Shown: piece after piece, positions 20,717-30,304 of the stretch
Layout of the letters: each line of letters begins with the position of its first letter
How positions within the stretch are numbered: position 1 is the stretch's first letter
NCBI GenBank assembly: GCA_965261545.1
Contig: CBDHDF010000010.1
Span: 96,001-160,000, forward strand
Length of the DNA: 64,000 bases
Direction of reading: 5' to 3'
Origin: Bdellovibrionales bacterium
Lineage (GTDB): Bacteria; Bdellovibrionota; Bdellovibrionia; Bdellovibrionales; UBA1609
Position numbers and translations under genes: made by a program
The notes under the pieces: model-generated
The model's input: only the letters and a program-made list of their open reading frames with translations
The model's database searches: none
Told to the model about the DNA's origin: nothing

Positions 20717-22220
20717 CCTTCTGACCTTGAGAGGTATCTATAGGTGCCGAAAAAGATCCAACACTATCATTGTGCTTACCTTCCGAAGTGAGTTTTTCAG
20801 GTGGCTTTTCTAATGGTTTTGAGGAAGAAGAAATGAACTTTCTCATCCTTTCTTTAATCTCCTCTGTGGAAATAAAAGGTGTTTGAACCTCATCCATATC
20901 AACACCCACCTTGCTGATGGCACGGCCTGCAACCTTTGGAAGATCGCGAGCGGCCTTCGTGCCAATAACAAGAGCTGAACCTTGAACAGATATAACTTTG
21001 AAACAAAGCCTCCCCTCAATGTTTTCCTGAATGTGGGTGCTCACCGTGTGCTTGCTAATTTTCTGAGTCCCTAGCACCAAATGAATCCGAGCCGCCCGTG
21101 ATAGCTTGGCAATCTCATCTGTGATTTGAGTGGCCTTCAGTGAACTTTTCCTTTGAAGATCGGTTTTCCGAGAAAAGTCATACAACATCGAACACTCATC
21201 TATGAGAATCAAGATGGGGTCTTTTTTGTGCTTCTGGGGGTCAATGACGTCATCATCTCCTTTTTCTAATATCTTAAAGCGTTCTTGCATTTCGCATTGA
21301 ATCTTTTCTAAAATCTCAACAGCCTCAAAAATATCTTTTATCACCGTCACCCTTGGATGTTCCCGAAAGGGCTTCATAGAAATACCCTGTTTAAAATCAA
21401 GGGCATAAACCTGAAGATTCGGAGTGTTTTCCAAGAGATTAAGAAGCATTTGCCTAAGAAAGCATGACTTCCCCATGCCTGTGCTTCCAGCCACCAGCAT
21501 ATGAGGCAGATCAAAAAGATTTTGGGTGATTGTCTCCCCATGACTCTGACCTACAACAAACTCTCCGGATTTGGAGGCTTTTGCGCAAACACTGGCATAG
21601 GCTACCTTTTGAGGTAGTAGCTGATTTGTAAGAAAAAGCTCCACAAACTTGGGCTGAGACTGCTCAACAATGGATTCCACTTGGGAGTTTAAAGACGCTC
21701 TAATGGCATTTTTCTTTTTTTGAAAATCCTCTATAGGAACCCCGTGGGTGTCCACAATCACTTTATGGCGAAAAGAGGTTAAGTTCACCACATCCACAGC
21801 AATGGGTTGAGTTCCCAAGGCATTTTTTAACCCCGCTTTTCTTAAAGCCTTTGTGACCCTCTTCATCTTTTTTATGCTTCCATAGGATAAAATATAGATG
21901 ATAATTGCAAGCAAGGGGGTACTCAAAATGAGGAAGTGAACTTCCCATGATAGACTTCCCATGGTTCTTACAAAAGACAATGGAACAGTTTCGGGATACC
22001 ATTTGTTGAGCCATATAAGATAAGTGTTCTTATAGGCCCAAACAAACATCAACAAAAAAAGGCTTATAATGTTCATTATACCATTTCCTGTGAGAGTTTT
22101 CGACCTCTTCACAGCATGGTAACAACGCACATAAATGATAATAATGATTTTTCTAAGAGCATTAAAAACGTCCATAGGGCTTATGCCCCCTTTTGATTTA
22201 CTCATAATTGTTCCTTTCAT
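20697..22220 (-). CDS. FtsK/SpoIIIE-family membrane ATPase (TcpA-like coupling protein)
   Basis: Two N-terminal TMs, PHMLVAGSTGMGKS, LDFK, LIDEC, RAARIHLVLGTQ. Confidence 0.88.
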   Translation of the reverse strand: MKGTIMSKSKGGISPMDVFNALRKIIIIIYVRCYHAVKRSKTLTGNGIMNIISLFLLMFVWAYKNTYLIWLNKWYPETVPLSFVRTMGSLSWEVHFLILSTPLLAIIIYILSYGSIKKMKRVTKALRKAGLKNALGTQPIAVDVVNLTSFRHKVIVDTHGVPIEDFQKKKNAIRASLNSQVESIVEQSQPKFVELFLTNQLLPQKVAYASVCAKASKSGEFVVGQSHGETITQNLFDLPHMLVAGSTGMGKSCFLRQMLLNLLENTPNLQVYALDFKQGISMKPFREHPRVTVIKDIFEAVEILEKIQCEMQERFKILEKGDDDVIDPQKHKKDPILILIDECSMLYDFSRKTDLQRKSSLKATQITDEIAKLSRAARIHLVLGTQKISKHTVSTHIQENIEGRLCFKVISVQGSALVIGTKAARDLPKVAGRAISKVGVDMDEVQTPFISTEEIKERMRKFISSSSKPLEKPPEKLTSEGKHNDSVGSFSAPIDTSQGQKVEIHGE

Positions 22221-23460
22221 TTTGATGGTTTTTATAATGATGATGGTTTGTTTTTTGCATTTTAAGAGTCTCTGTAAGACTCACAACAAGCTCTTTTCCG
22301 GGCTTCAGGGTGATGTAAGGCCCTTGACCACTAGAAGTCTTTAGCTGCAAGTTACCTTCCTTTTTGACGAACCCTGAAACTCCTCCTAAAAAGGCATTTC
22401 TTAGGGTGGGCTTTGTCGTAATGGTTTTTCCTTCACCGAGGGCTTCTTTTTCTTGGAGAACCTCACTGGCTCCAGAAACAAAACCCAAACCTAGAGTGGA
22501 CCCCATTCGCCTGACCAGCCCACTGTGGTAATGGCCCATAAGTCCTGAAGCAAAATCCTTGGCATCCAAGGCCATGGCTGAGATTTTTATCTCCCGTCCA
22601 TTTGGAAGAACTCCCTTGTGGAACTGAATAAAGACCCTTGGCCCGTGTCCTGGATATGAGGGAGCGCCCCAAAGAACACTCCCCTGGGGGAGGCTCATAT
22701 GCCCTTGAAGTCTGCCCTCCAAGGGAAGCACCACACGAACCAAGATGTCGGATTGACGGGTGTCCACATGGGAAAGAAGCTTTCCGATGAAAAGAGTTCT
22801 TGAAGGCAAGGTTTTGCTGCCATTGATATCTGGGCGCACAAAGACTTGCTGGGCCTTATACTTAATAGGAACTTTTTTTCTCTGTCTTCTCAAGACAGCC
22901 TTTTGGGGAAAGGGAGAAGGGCCATCGCTAGCAAGATTTTTTCTCTGAAGCTCATTAAATTCATTGAGTTTAGCTATAGCGGAGCCTTCCCCTTCTTGGC
23001 TTGAGCCAAGGGGCTGAGGGTTTCCATTGAGGTTGCTCTCACCTATGATCTCTTCCAGAGAAACCGCTTCATAAAGACTACGATCCTCTCTTGACGAAGA
23101 TAGCCAACTCATAGTGAGTGAAACAAAAACAGAGAGCCACATCACCGAAAGAAAAGCTCTTGCCAGATTTATGGTCACTTTCTTTGGATATTGAGTGAAC
23201 AAATAGCCTAGAACAAAAGAGGTACCATTTGAGATACTCTTTGAAAGACTATTTGAGATACTCCTTTGAATCCACCTTTTGCTTTTAAGAAACAAAATTT
23301 TCTTGAATTTCAAAGATTTTAAAGACTTCAAAGATTTCTTGTCCTGCTTAGTTTTCTTAGAGTCTAATCTCTGAAATGACTTCTTCTTGCCTGAAAAAAG
23401 GAATCTAAAAATAGAAAGAAAGAATCTAAAACTAAATATTTGATACTTCATTTGTACCAC
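22198..23460 (-). CDS. VirB10/TrbI-like T4SS core protein
   Basis: TM helix, low-complexity linker and C-terminal beta domain (LPQGSVLWG, RVFIQF, ALD...GL.G); position in the operon. Confidence 0.7.
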   Translation of the reverse strand: MVQMKYQIFSFRFFLSIFRFLFSGKKKSFQRLDSKKTKQDKKSLKSLKSLKFKKILFLKSKRWIQRSISNSLSKSISNGTSFVLGYLFTQYPKKVTINLARAFLSVMWLSVFVSLTMSWLSSSREDRSLYEAVSLEEIIGESNLNGNPQPLGSSQEGEGSAIAKLNEFNELQRKNLASDGPSPFPQKAVLRRQRKKVPIKYKAQQVFVRPDINGSKTLPSRTLFIGKLLSHVDTRQSDILVRVVLPLEGRLQGHMSLPQGSVLWGAPSYPGHGPRVFIQFHKGVLPNGREIKISAMALDAKDFASGLMGHYHSGLVRRMGSTLGLGFVSGASEVLQEKEALGEGKTITTKPTLRNAFLGGVSGFVKKEGNLQLKTSSGQGPYITLKPGKELVVSLTETLKMQKTNHHHYKNHQNERNNYE

Positions 23461-23981
23461 CTCCTAAAGGTTGTGATTGGATCTAATGCTATGATTTGAC
23501 TTGATGTTGTAATCTGCCCTGGTGCAATAATTTTGATTTGACTTGATGTTGTGATCTGCCCTGATTGATCTCCATGGGTCTTCATTGATCTCAAAGAGAG
23601 CTTCTTAGAAAATCTTGTGGGACGTTTCCAATAAACTTTCACTAAGTCATCATAGACTTGGCACCTGCAAACTCTTAAAATAAAACCAAAGCGATGCTGG
23701 CCACTGTAGATGAATAAATTGCTCGAAAGTTGAGACAAAGGCTGAATGGTCACGTCATTACCTGTAAATTTGATGCTAAAATAATTGCTGTTCCCGTTCA
23801 CAGCCTTCTTGGGCCTATCAATGAAATGAAGAATGGTGGAATGCCCCATGGAAAGGGTGATTGTTTCCATCTTATTGTCATTCATTTCAACAACACGCAC
23901 CCTAGAGTAGGATAAAGTTGTGGTAAGAAAAACACTCAAAAAAATAAAAACTAACCAATAAATGCTCCTTTGAATATTCAT
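23448..23981 (-). CDS. VirB9/TrbG-like secreted T4SS protein
   Basis: Signal peptide; ITLSMGHSTILHF...IQP...SNLFI; synteny. Confidence 0.6.
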   Translation of the reverse strand: MNIQRSIYWLVFIFLSVFLTTTLSYSRVRVVEMNDNKMETITLSMGHSTILHFIDRPKKAVNGNSNYFSIKFTGNDVTIQPLSQLSSNLFIYSGQHRFGFILRVCRCQVYDDLVKVYWKRPTRFSKKLSLRSMKTHGDQSGQITTSSQIKIIAPGQITTSSQIIALDPITTFRRWYK

Positions 23982-24574
23982 TATTTATTAAACTCCTTAA
24001 TGGCACTGATATAAATGCCTTTTGGGTTCCACTTGTTGGGTTTATCTCTCATTAATTCAAGATGGATTTTTAAAGGCTGAACCGATTTGACCCTCTTGCC
24101 CAATGAAATAACACGGTCTATTTCCACATGAACATATCCGTCCTTGGCTTCTATGTTTTGAATCACTACATCTTGAGAAATAGAGTTTTTCTTTATAAAT
24201 TCTTTGGAATCCTTTATTTGTTGAAGCACCTTTTTTAGTAAACTATAAGACGCATAGGGGCTTATGTTTCGCATGATGTTTTCCATATTGTAGGACTTCC
24301 ATTGATAACGCTCTAAAACAAATCTCTTGGCTGCCTTTTTAAGGTCGGATTCTTGAAGTTCCACCTCCTTTCTCTCGCCGATAAAATAAAGGCTTTCTGA
24401 CTCTGTGAGAGCAATCACTAGATTTTTCTGATTCATTAAATAAATCATAGTTCCCACAAGAAGCACATTGGACAGAATGAGCCCAAGAGATATTGTTCTT
24501 AAATTCCTAATAATAAGACTGGCCTTGATCCAATGATTGCAAGGGCCTAAACGCTTTGATTTCATGTTCATCAT
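23981..24574 (-). CDS. VirB8-like T4SS protein
   Basis: Single TM, periplasmic domain ending NPKGIYI. Confidence 0.65.
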   Translation of the reverse strand: MMNMKSKRLGPCNHWIKASLIIRNLRTISLGLILSNVLLVGTMIYLMNQKNLVIALTESESLYFIGERKEVELQESDLKKAAKRFVLERYQWKSYNMENIMRNISPYASYSLLKKVLQQIKDSKEFIKKNSISQDVVIQNIEAKDGYVHVEIDRVISLGKRVKSVQPLKIHLELMRDKPNKWNPKGIYISAIKEFNK

Positions 24575-25683
24575 TTTTTATCACCTCCTTGAGGGCTTTC
24601 TCCCCCTGGTTTGTTAAAATCTTCTTTTTGTCTCTTCATGCTTTGGCTCCCATAGCGACTCTGAAAATAACTTTTGGAATGGCCCTCGGAGTGGTCTCGG
24701 AAGTGGCCTTGAGAATGACTCTGGGAATGACTCTGGAAATGACTCTGAGAACGACTCCGAGGATAGTTTTTGGGTTGAGATTGAGTCCATTCACTGAGCT
24801 TCTTAAAACCTCTTGATTGAGCAAAATTCCCAAAATTTTTGAGGTTTCTTGCTGTGATCTTGACTCCATGACTTGCCACTTGTTTCCCTTTTTGGGATGA
24901 GAGGGTCGCAGCCTTTTTTATATGCCCTGTAATGATTTTTTGAGAAGCAATGGCTGGAATAGCCGCCAAACCTCCAGCAAAAGTTGCAAAATCAGAGGAT
25001 AAAAAAGCCTTGGTTGTGATCGGAACGACAAGCATACTTGTACCAATGAAAAGATTAATGACAATGAGGAGTATGGCATTGTAGTCATCTCCTTGGGCAA
25101 TGGGAGCATGGGCTGTAAGCTTTAAAAGAATGACTCCAAGAGCCGTCCAAGTGATTTTCCAGACCATAACAATGCATAGACTCCGATAAAGTCCCTTTGT
25201 GATCTGCGAGGTGGCCTCGGAGATATAGGCAAGTATCATCAAAGGGGACATGACAAATAAAATTCCCCAACAAAAATGCACCAAGGCATCGGCAATAAAA
25301 GCCCCCAAGTAGGCAAAAATAAAAGAAAGGAGGCTTAAAATCCAAATAAGGGTTTCTTTAAATTGATGCCAACTAAGCTCCATATCTTTGACAAACTTCC
25401 ACATCTCGCTAAGCACCTCATTGATATGAGGCGTGGGGCTGATATGAGTGACAATGCCGTCACCGATCAGCGATATCATGCGAAAGACCTCATCAAAACT
25501 CATAAGCAATATGATGGACAAAGCCGCTCTTTTGATAATGCCAAGGGCATTGGGTTCACGCTCTGGCAACTTAAAAAATTCTAAAATAATCAGTAAGAGA
25601 GTGAGGGGCACAATAGATATCCAATAGATTTCTATCATGTTAGACCGGATCTCTTTGCAAACCTCTGGTAGCCATTCGTACAT
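24571..25683 (-). CDS. VirB6-like polytopic membrane protein
   Basis: Multiple TMs, SPLMIL motif, repetitive C-terminal tail. Confidence 0.7.
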   Translation of the reverse strand: MYEWLPEVCKEIRSNMIEIYWISIVPLTLLLIILEFFKLPEREPNALGIIKRAALSIILLMSFDEVFRMISLIGDGIVTHISPTPHINEVLSEMWKFVKDMELSWHQFKETLIWILSLLSFIFAYLGAFIADALVHFCWGILFVMSPLMILAYISEATSQITKGLYRSLCIVMVWKITWTALGVILLKLTAHAPIAQGDDYNAILLIVINLFIGTSMLVVPITTKAFLSSDFATFAGGLAAIPAIASQKIITGHIKKAATLSSQKGKQVASHGVKITARNLKNFGNFAQSRGFKKLSEWTQSQPKNYPRSRSQSHFQSHSQSHSQGHFRDHSEGHSKSYFQSRYGSQSMKRQKEDFNKPGGESPQGGDKK

Positions 25684-26552
25684 TAAAACACCGGAGGAGT
25701 TGCAAAAGTTGCTTCAAAGGTGTTCAAACTATGGCCCAAGTCACGGGTCACTTTCTTAAAATGATGGTTAGACTCCTTGGCCGCCTTGTTGGACAATGCC
25801 AAGGATTCACTTTGAAGCTTTAGCATTTGACCATTGATCTTTAAAATCTGACTGAGAATATGAAGAATGGCTGCCTGCCCCTCAAGGTTTGTGCGAGCCG
25901 CACCTTTAAGGCCCACATGAGGGGCACTTGCTGCCATACGCCTTGAGTTCTGCTCCTGCGAATGGGCGTATGAATTTATGGAGCTTACCATTTTAATACT
26001 CTCTGCCACTGTCTCATCGTGAAGCCTTAACAATAGTTCTTCTTTCCCACGGGGGATTTGACCATAAAGGCGTTCAACCTCATCCATGGCCCCTTTAAAT
26101 GATTTCAAGTCTCCAAGGATTTTCCCACCTTCAATGGGAAAGCTTTCTAAAAGGCCCATGGCCTCATTAAGACCCATATTGATAGACTCGATCATATCCT
26201 TATGTTCCTTGGCATTTTCATAAATCACTTTCATTTGTTCGTATTGTTTGACGGATTGAGAAAGAATCTTAATGAGGTAAGGGGTTGTCATGGCTCCATC
26301 AATACCTAAAAGCGCATGGCTTTTGTGGGGAGTGAAAGTGACAACAGTCCCTACAAACAGTAAGAATCCTAGGGCGAACAACAGGCGAGAAAATAATGGG
26401 TTCAAGGTGAACAACAGGCGAGGGAATAGCAGGCTTAGGGGGAACAATAGGCGATGAAATAACAGCCTTAGAGCGAGCAACAAGTTTGGGATGACAGACT
26501 TACATATAAATTCACATAGAAACGCATAGAAAGGAATTTTAATTTTTTTCAA
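25683..26552 (-). CDS. VirB5/TrbJ-like helical exported protein
   Basis: Signal-like segment (SHA cleavage site) followed by coiled-coil; lies between the virB4-like and virB6-like genes. Confidence 0.5.
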   Translation of the reverse strand: MKKIKIPFYAFLCEFICKSVIPNLLLALRLLFHRLLFPLSLLFPRLLFTLNPLFSRLLFALGFLLFVGTVVTFTPHKSHALLGIDGAMTTPYLIKILSQSVKQYEQMKVIYENAKEHKDMIESINMGLNEAMGLLESFPIEGGKILGDLKSFKGAMDEVERLYGQIPRGKEELLLRLHDETVAESIKMVSSINSYAHSQEQNSRRMAASAPHVGLKGAARTNLEGQAAILHILSQILKINGQMLKLQSESLALSNKAAKESNHHFKKVTRDLGHSLNTFEATFATPPVF

Positions 26553-27757
26553 CTTTGCCCTCCTTGGGTTATCTTATGGTTTACAATTTCTTCCAAGATC
26601 TCCAAATAACTGTGGTCTGGGAATTTCTCTTTAAATTGATGAATGATGGCCTTGTCCTTGGGGTCCGTGGTGCAAATCCAATAGGACAAGGGATCAGGTT
26701 CAATCTTGAGGATGGACTCTTTGTCATCTTGAATATAAAGGCATTCTGAAAAGCCTCCCTTCTGTGAACGCAGAGATTTGACAACCTCAATCTCTGTTTC
26801 ATTGAGTGAGAGAATTTCTTGAAATTCCTTCCAGTCCACTCCACGCTGCTTTAAAATGATTCGACTGGGTGTGTTTTGCATAATGGCGGCGGCCACCTCT
26901 GGGTCGAACATAAAATCTTTAATGGATTGAGTGATTCCCCAAATTCCACCATAGAATTTCCTCATGGTGCGATAGCACTCAATGACAAACTGGGCGGCAC
27001 TCTCGTTTTGTAAGAGCTTCCAAATCTCATCCACAATGAGAAGGTATCTCTGGGAGGGATTTTTAGACGCCTCATTCATAATATACTCAGTTAAAATGAG
27101 TAAAAGGACTCGCTGAAGATCGGGGTAAACATCAAGCCCCTTCACTTCAATGGCCACAAGGGGTTTTGTGAGTTCAATATTGGTGGGACCATCAAGAAGC
27201 TTTCCGTAGGCACTGGCCCCTGTCCAAGAATACAAAATATCAGCGTACCTTCTCATTTCAACAAGGGGGTGGTTCTTCAATATCTTGAGAAGATCGGTCA
27301 TTGTGGGAGACCCACAAGGTGACGCACAAGAAGATCCACGGGAGGGAACGCAGGAGGAAGTACTGAAAAAGGGAATGTTGAAAAATTGAGTGTAGGTTTC
27401 AGAAATGGCTTGTTCCAAAAGAGCTTTTTCTCTTTTGGGTAACCCCTTTGAATCATCTTCTTTGCAGATGGATTCAATAACTCCTAAAAGGAGTTTTTTC
27501 TTAGTGGGGGAAGCTTCCATCTCTCCCCGGCCCAATTGAAAGGCGTTCAGGACAATGCCACTTTCAAGATTCAAGTCAATGAATTGCCCCCCCAGTGAGT
27601 CCACAAGTCCACGGGAAGAAGCCCCATTGTCTATCCAAACCACCTTGGAAAGTCCAAGGTGGTTTTTTGTCTTCGCCTTCTTCATATTCTTCATATTCTT
27701 CATATTTGATTTCCTATTCATGTCTGGTTTCCTGCTTATGTTTGATTCCCTATTCAT
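26549..27757 (-). CDS. VirB4/TraC ATPase, C-terminal part
   Basis: VVWIDNGAS, Walker B LIVDEIW, RKFYGGIWGITQ. Confidence 0.85.
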   Translation of the reverse strand: MNRESNISRKPDMNRKSNMKNMKNMKKAKTKNHLGLSKVVWIDNGASSRGLVDSLGGQFIDLNLESGIVLNAFQLGRGEMEASPTKKKLLLGVIESICKEDDSKGLPKREKALLEQAISETYTQFFNIPFFSTSSCVPSRGSSCASPCGSPTMTDLLKILKNHPLVEMRRYADILYSWTGASAYGKLLDGPTNIELTKPLVAIEVKGLDVYPDLQRVLLLILTEYIMNEASKNPSQRYLLIVDEIWKLLQNESAAQFVIECYRTMRKFYGGIWGITQSIKDFMFDPEVAAAIMQNTPSRIILKQRGVDWKEFQEILSLNETEIEVVKSLRSQKGGFSECLYIQDDKESILKIEPDPLSYWICTTDPKDKAIIHQFKEKFPDHSYLEILEEIVNHKITQGGQS

Positions 27758-29157
27758 GTTTGATCTCCTATAAACATTAAAATAAGTTGGCTTATGGTGA
27801 AGGATTTCCCACTTCCACTGGAACCAATGACAAACCCATTCCAGTTGGGCAGTTCTGGCGCAAAAGGGTCGATGGACACCAAAACATGATCCCGGTTAGT
27901 GACAAGGCATGTGGGCTTGTTGTTTCCCCTCCAGAATGAAAAAACAGGCAGCAAGTGAGAGAGGTTGGAAGATTTCATTTTCTTAGGACGGTTGGTTTGG
28001 CAAAGGCCCGGAGTCGTCTTTAAGAAAGTATCCAGTGTTGCGAAGGTTTCCACCAAACCCTCGGAGTGATTAAGGCTTTTAAAGGTTCTTAAGACTTCAT
28101 CGCATTTCTCATCAAGTTCTCTTGTGGTTTTTCCCCAAATAATGACATTCAGGTCAGCCTCAACCACTTTTTCAGAGCTATCAATAATATCAGACAAAAG
28201 ACCCTCAATTTGGCCAAGCTTTGATTCGCTCTCAAGGTCTTGAACGTGATTGCGCTCACTGCTTGCCATGGAGTGGGCAATTCTCCTTTTAAGTTGAAGG
28301 ACGTTGTACTCCCTCGTCTGGTCACAAACTTTGACCACCTGGCTGATCCAGCAATGAAAGGGTAAGGCCAAGAGTTCACGAATGAGACCCGAATAGGTTT
28401 CATCGGGAAGAGTTCTTAAACTCACGGCTCTAAACTTGTAGCTTCCCACCATCACGTCATGAGAGCTTAGGTGGATATCACTAAGCAAAAACTGTGAGAG
28501 CAGGGAGCTTGGTGAAAAAGCCCTAGGACCTTTGAGTTCTGGAACCCTATGGACTTCGGACCTTGATAGGTTGAAATGTTCATACAGAAGCTCAAACCAT
28601 TCCTTAGATGACAAACGACTCTTGAAGAGTTGCCCATCCTTAAGAGAAGATTCCAAGTGGCTCACCGTTCTTTCAAATCGTTCCACATGGGTTTCAAAGT
28701 CCTTGGCTTGAGCCTTTGTGAAGGGTTTTGTTTTTTGAAAAATCCCCTGCTTCCTAAAGGCAAAGGGAAGACCCTTGAGAAAGCAATAGATTTCAGGTTC
28801 AAAGAAATAACCCATTTCACGATGACTCTTAAGATGAGAAGTTCGCCCCTCCATGATCTTGCGATAGCCCTCAAGAGGACAATTTCTTGATAAAGAAAGA
28901 TGCTCCTCAACAAGGGAGTCCACCTTGGGGGTGAGCTTATAAAGAATCTGCAAAGAGGTTCCCGTTCCAAGACCTGTGATAAGGTTTTCAAGTTTTCTTG
29001 TAAACTGGTTGATCTCATCTGCGGTGGCACAGGAAACATCTTTTCCCTTAATCTTAAAGCCGCAACCCAAGGAACCATCTCCAAAAACCATATAATTTCC
29101 AAAGAAATGCCATAGATTTAAAAAATCACCGATGTTCTGAGGAACTAACAATTTCAT
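27754..29157 (-). CDS. VirB4/TraC ATPase, N-terminal part (ends just after Walker A)
   Basis: ATG at 29157 with GGAGG RBS; Walker A GSSGSGKSF near the end. Confidence 0.85.
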   Translation of the reverse strand: MKLLVPQNIGDFLNLWHFFGNYMVFGDGSLGCGFKIKGKDVSCATADEINQFTRKLENLITGLGTGTSLQILYKLTPKVDSLVEEHLSLSRNCPLEGYRKIMEGRTSHLKSHREMGYFFEPEIYCFLKGLPFAFRKQGIFQKTKPFTKAQAKDFETHVERFERTVSHLESSLKDGQLFKSRLSSKEWFELLYEHFNLSRSEVHRVPELKGPRAFSPSSLLSQFLLSDIHLSSHDVMVGSYKFRAVSLRTLPDETYSGLIRELLALPFHCWISQVVKVCDQTREYNVLQLKRRIAHSMASSERNHVQDLESESKLGQIEGLLSDIIDSSEKVVEADLNVIIWGKTTRELDEKCDEVLRTFKSLNHSEGLVETFATLDTFLKTTPGLCQTNRPKKMKSSNLSHLLPVFSFWRGNNKPTCLVTNRDHVLVSIDPFAPELPNWNGFVIGSSGSGKSFTISQLILMFIGDQT

Positions 29158-29545
29158 GCCTCCTTTCTTCTTCAAAGCTAAGCTCATCTCCCACACAAAA
29201 AATGCCTGGGAGTACGGAGAATTTGATAAAGTCTTGAATATAACGCTCAGGCTTTCCCCTCTTGCCAAAATAAATTCCAAGTGCTAAAAGGGCCGGGAGC
29301 CCAAAAACAAGGGCTCCCGTAAACAGGTTTAAGTTTTGGCTATAAAGGCTTTGACTATAAGCTTGGTCGTAAACATGGCTATATGCCTGACCATAAGTTT
29401 GACCATGAACCTGACCATAAATCTGGCCAAAAATAAGATTCATCACAGATGCAAAAGCTCCCACAGCAATCACATCAAAAAGCTCCATGCCCAAAATCTT
29501 GATCTTTGAGTCAAGGTTTCTATGAACAACAGACCGATCTATCAA
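29126..29545 (-). CDS. VirB3/TraL-like membrane protein
   Basis: Two TMs, KRGKPERY motif; TTG start overlaps the pilin stop. Confidence 0.55.
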   Translation of the reverse strand: MIDRSVVHRNLDSKIKILGMELFDVIAVGAFASVMNLIFGQIYGQVHGQTYGQAYSHVYDQAYSQSLYSQNLNLFTGALVFGLPALLALGIYFGKRGKPERYIQDFIKFSVLPGIFCVGDELSFEEERRHEIVSSSEHR

Positions 29546-29865
29546 TTGAGGACCCCTTGGAGCCACCCAATAATGTAGGGAGCTAAAAAACCCACCCCAC
29601 TGCCGATCAGACAAAACCAAATCTTTGACTTGGCTCCTTCATTGCCAATGGCGGCAAGAATCCCAGCCATGACTAAACCCAGAACACTCATCACGGGGAG
29701 AATGAAGGATGACAATTTGTGTTGTAGATGAGTCATTTTATTTTCAAAACCTGACTTCAAGACCACAGCAAGGGCTTCACTTTGATAGAAGAAAGAAAAA
29801 AGCACCAAAAGGCTTAAAAGAAATATAATGACGGTTATTTGCTTCATCTCAGTTGTTTTCTTCAT
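29542..29865 (-). CDS. VirB2/TrbC-like pilin
   Basis: Signal peptide (ALA) plus two hydrophobic helices; 107 aa. Confidence 0.65.
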   Translation of the reverse strand: MKKTTEMKQITVIIFLLSLLVLFSFFYQSEALAVVLKSGFENKMTHLQHKLSSFILPVMSVLGLVMAGILAAIGNEGAKSKIWFCLIGSGVGFLAPYIIGWLQGVLN

Positions 29866-29866
29866 T

Positions 29867-30304
29867 TTAGTTGGCCTCCTTCATAGGTTGATTAAATTGA
29901 TTTGAATGATTTAAAGAGTTTTTGGATTCGTCCCTTAAGCTCACCACAAGCTGTTTGAAGAATGGGGCGGGTTGCATGATAATCTCATGGGTGGAGGGGT
30001 CTAAAAACCCCTCCCCTTGAGTAAAAATTTTTGTTCTTCCTCCTCTTTCTTTCATGGGTTTCATGGAGATGAGTCGGTAGCGACATGGCCTGCCAGCCTC
30101 ACCTCCCATGGGTTTTACAAAGTAATGGTTGTCTGGAAAGAAATTGAGAATGAGGCGGTAGTCACCATTTTTCTCATTGTAGTAGGCAACACCTGCCATT
30201 TCTCTGGAATTTGTGTGGGGGCAATGCCACCACACATAAAACCTTTCATTGGCCTTGTTCTTATCATTGGAGTCGTTGGCATCGTTCTTAGGAAGTCTAT
30301 TCAT
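29867..30304 (-). CDS. Hypothetical ICE protein
   Basis: Probable ATG at 30304 overlapping the upstream stop. Confidence 0.6.
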   Translation of the reverse strand: MNRLPKNDANDSNDKNKANERFYVWWHCPHTNSREMAGVAYYNEKNGDYRLILNFFPDNHYFVKPMGGEAGRPCRYRLISMKPMKERGGRTKIFTQGEGFLDPSTHEIIMQPAPFFKQLVVSLRDESKNSLNHSNQFNQPMKEAN

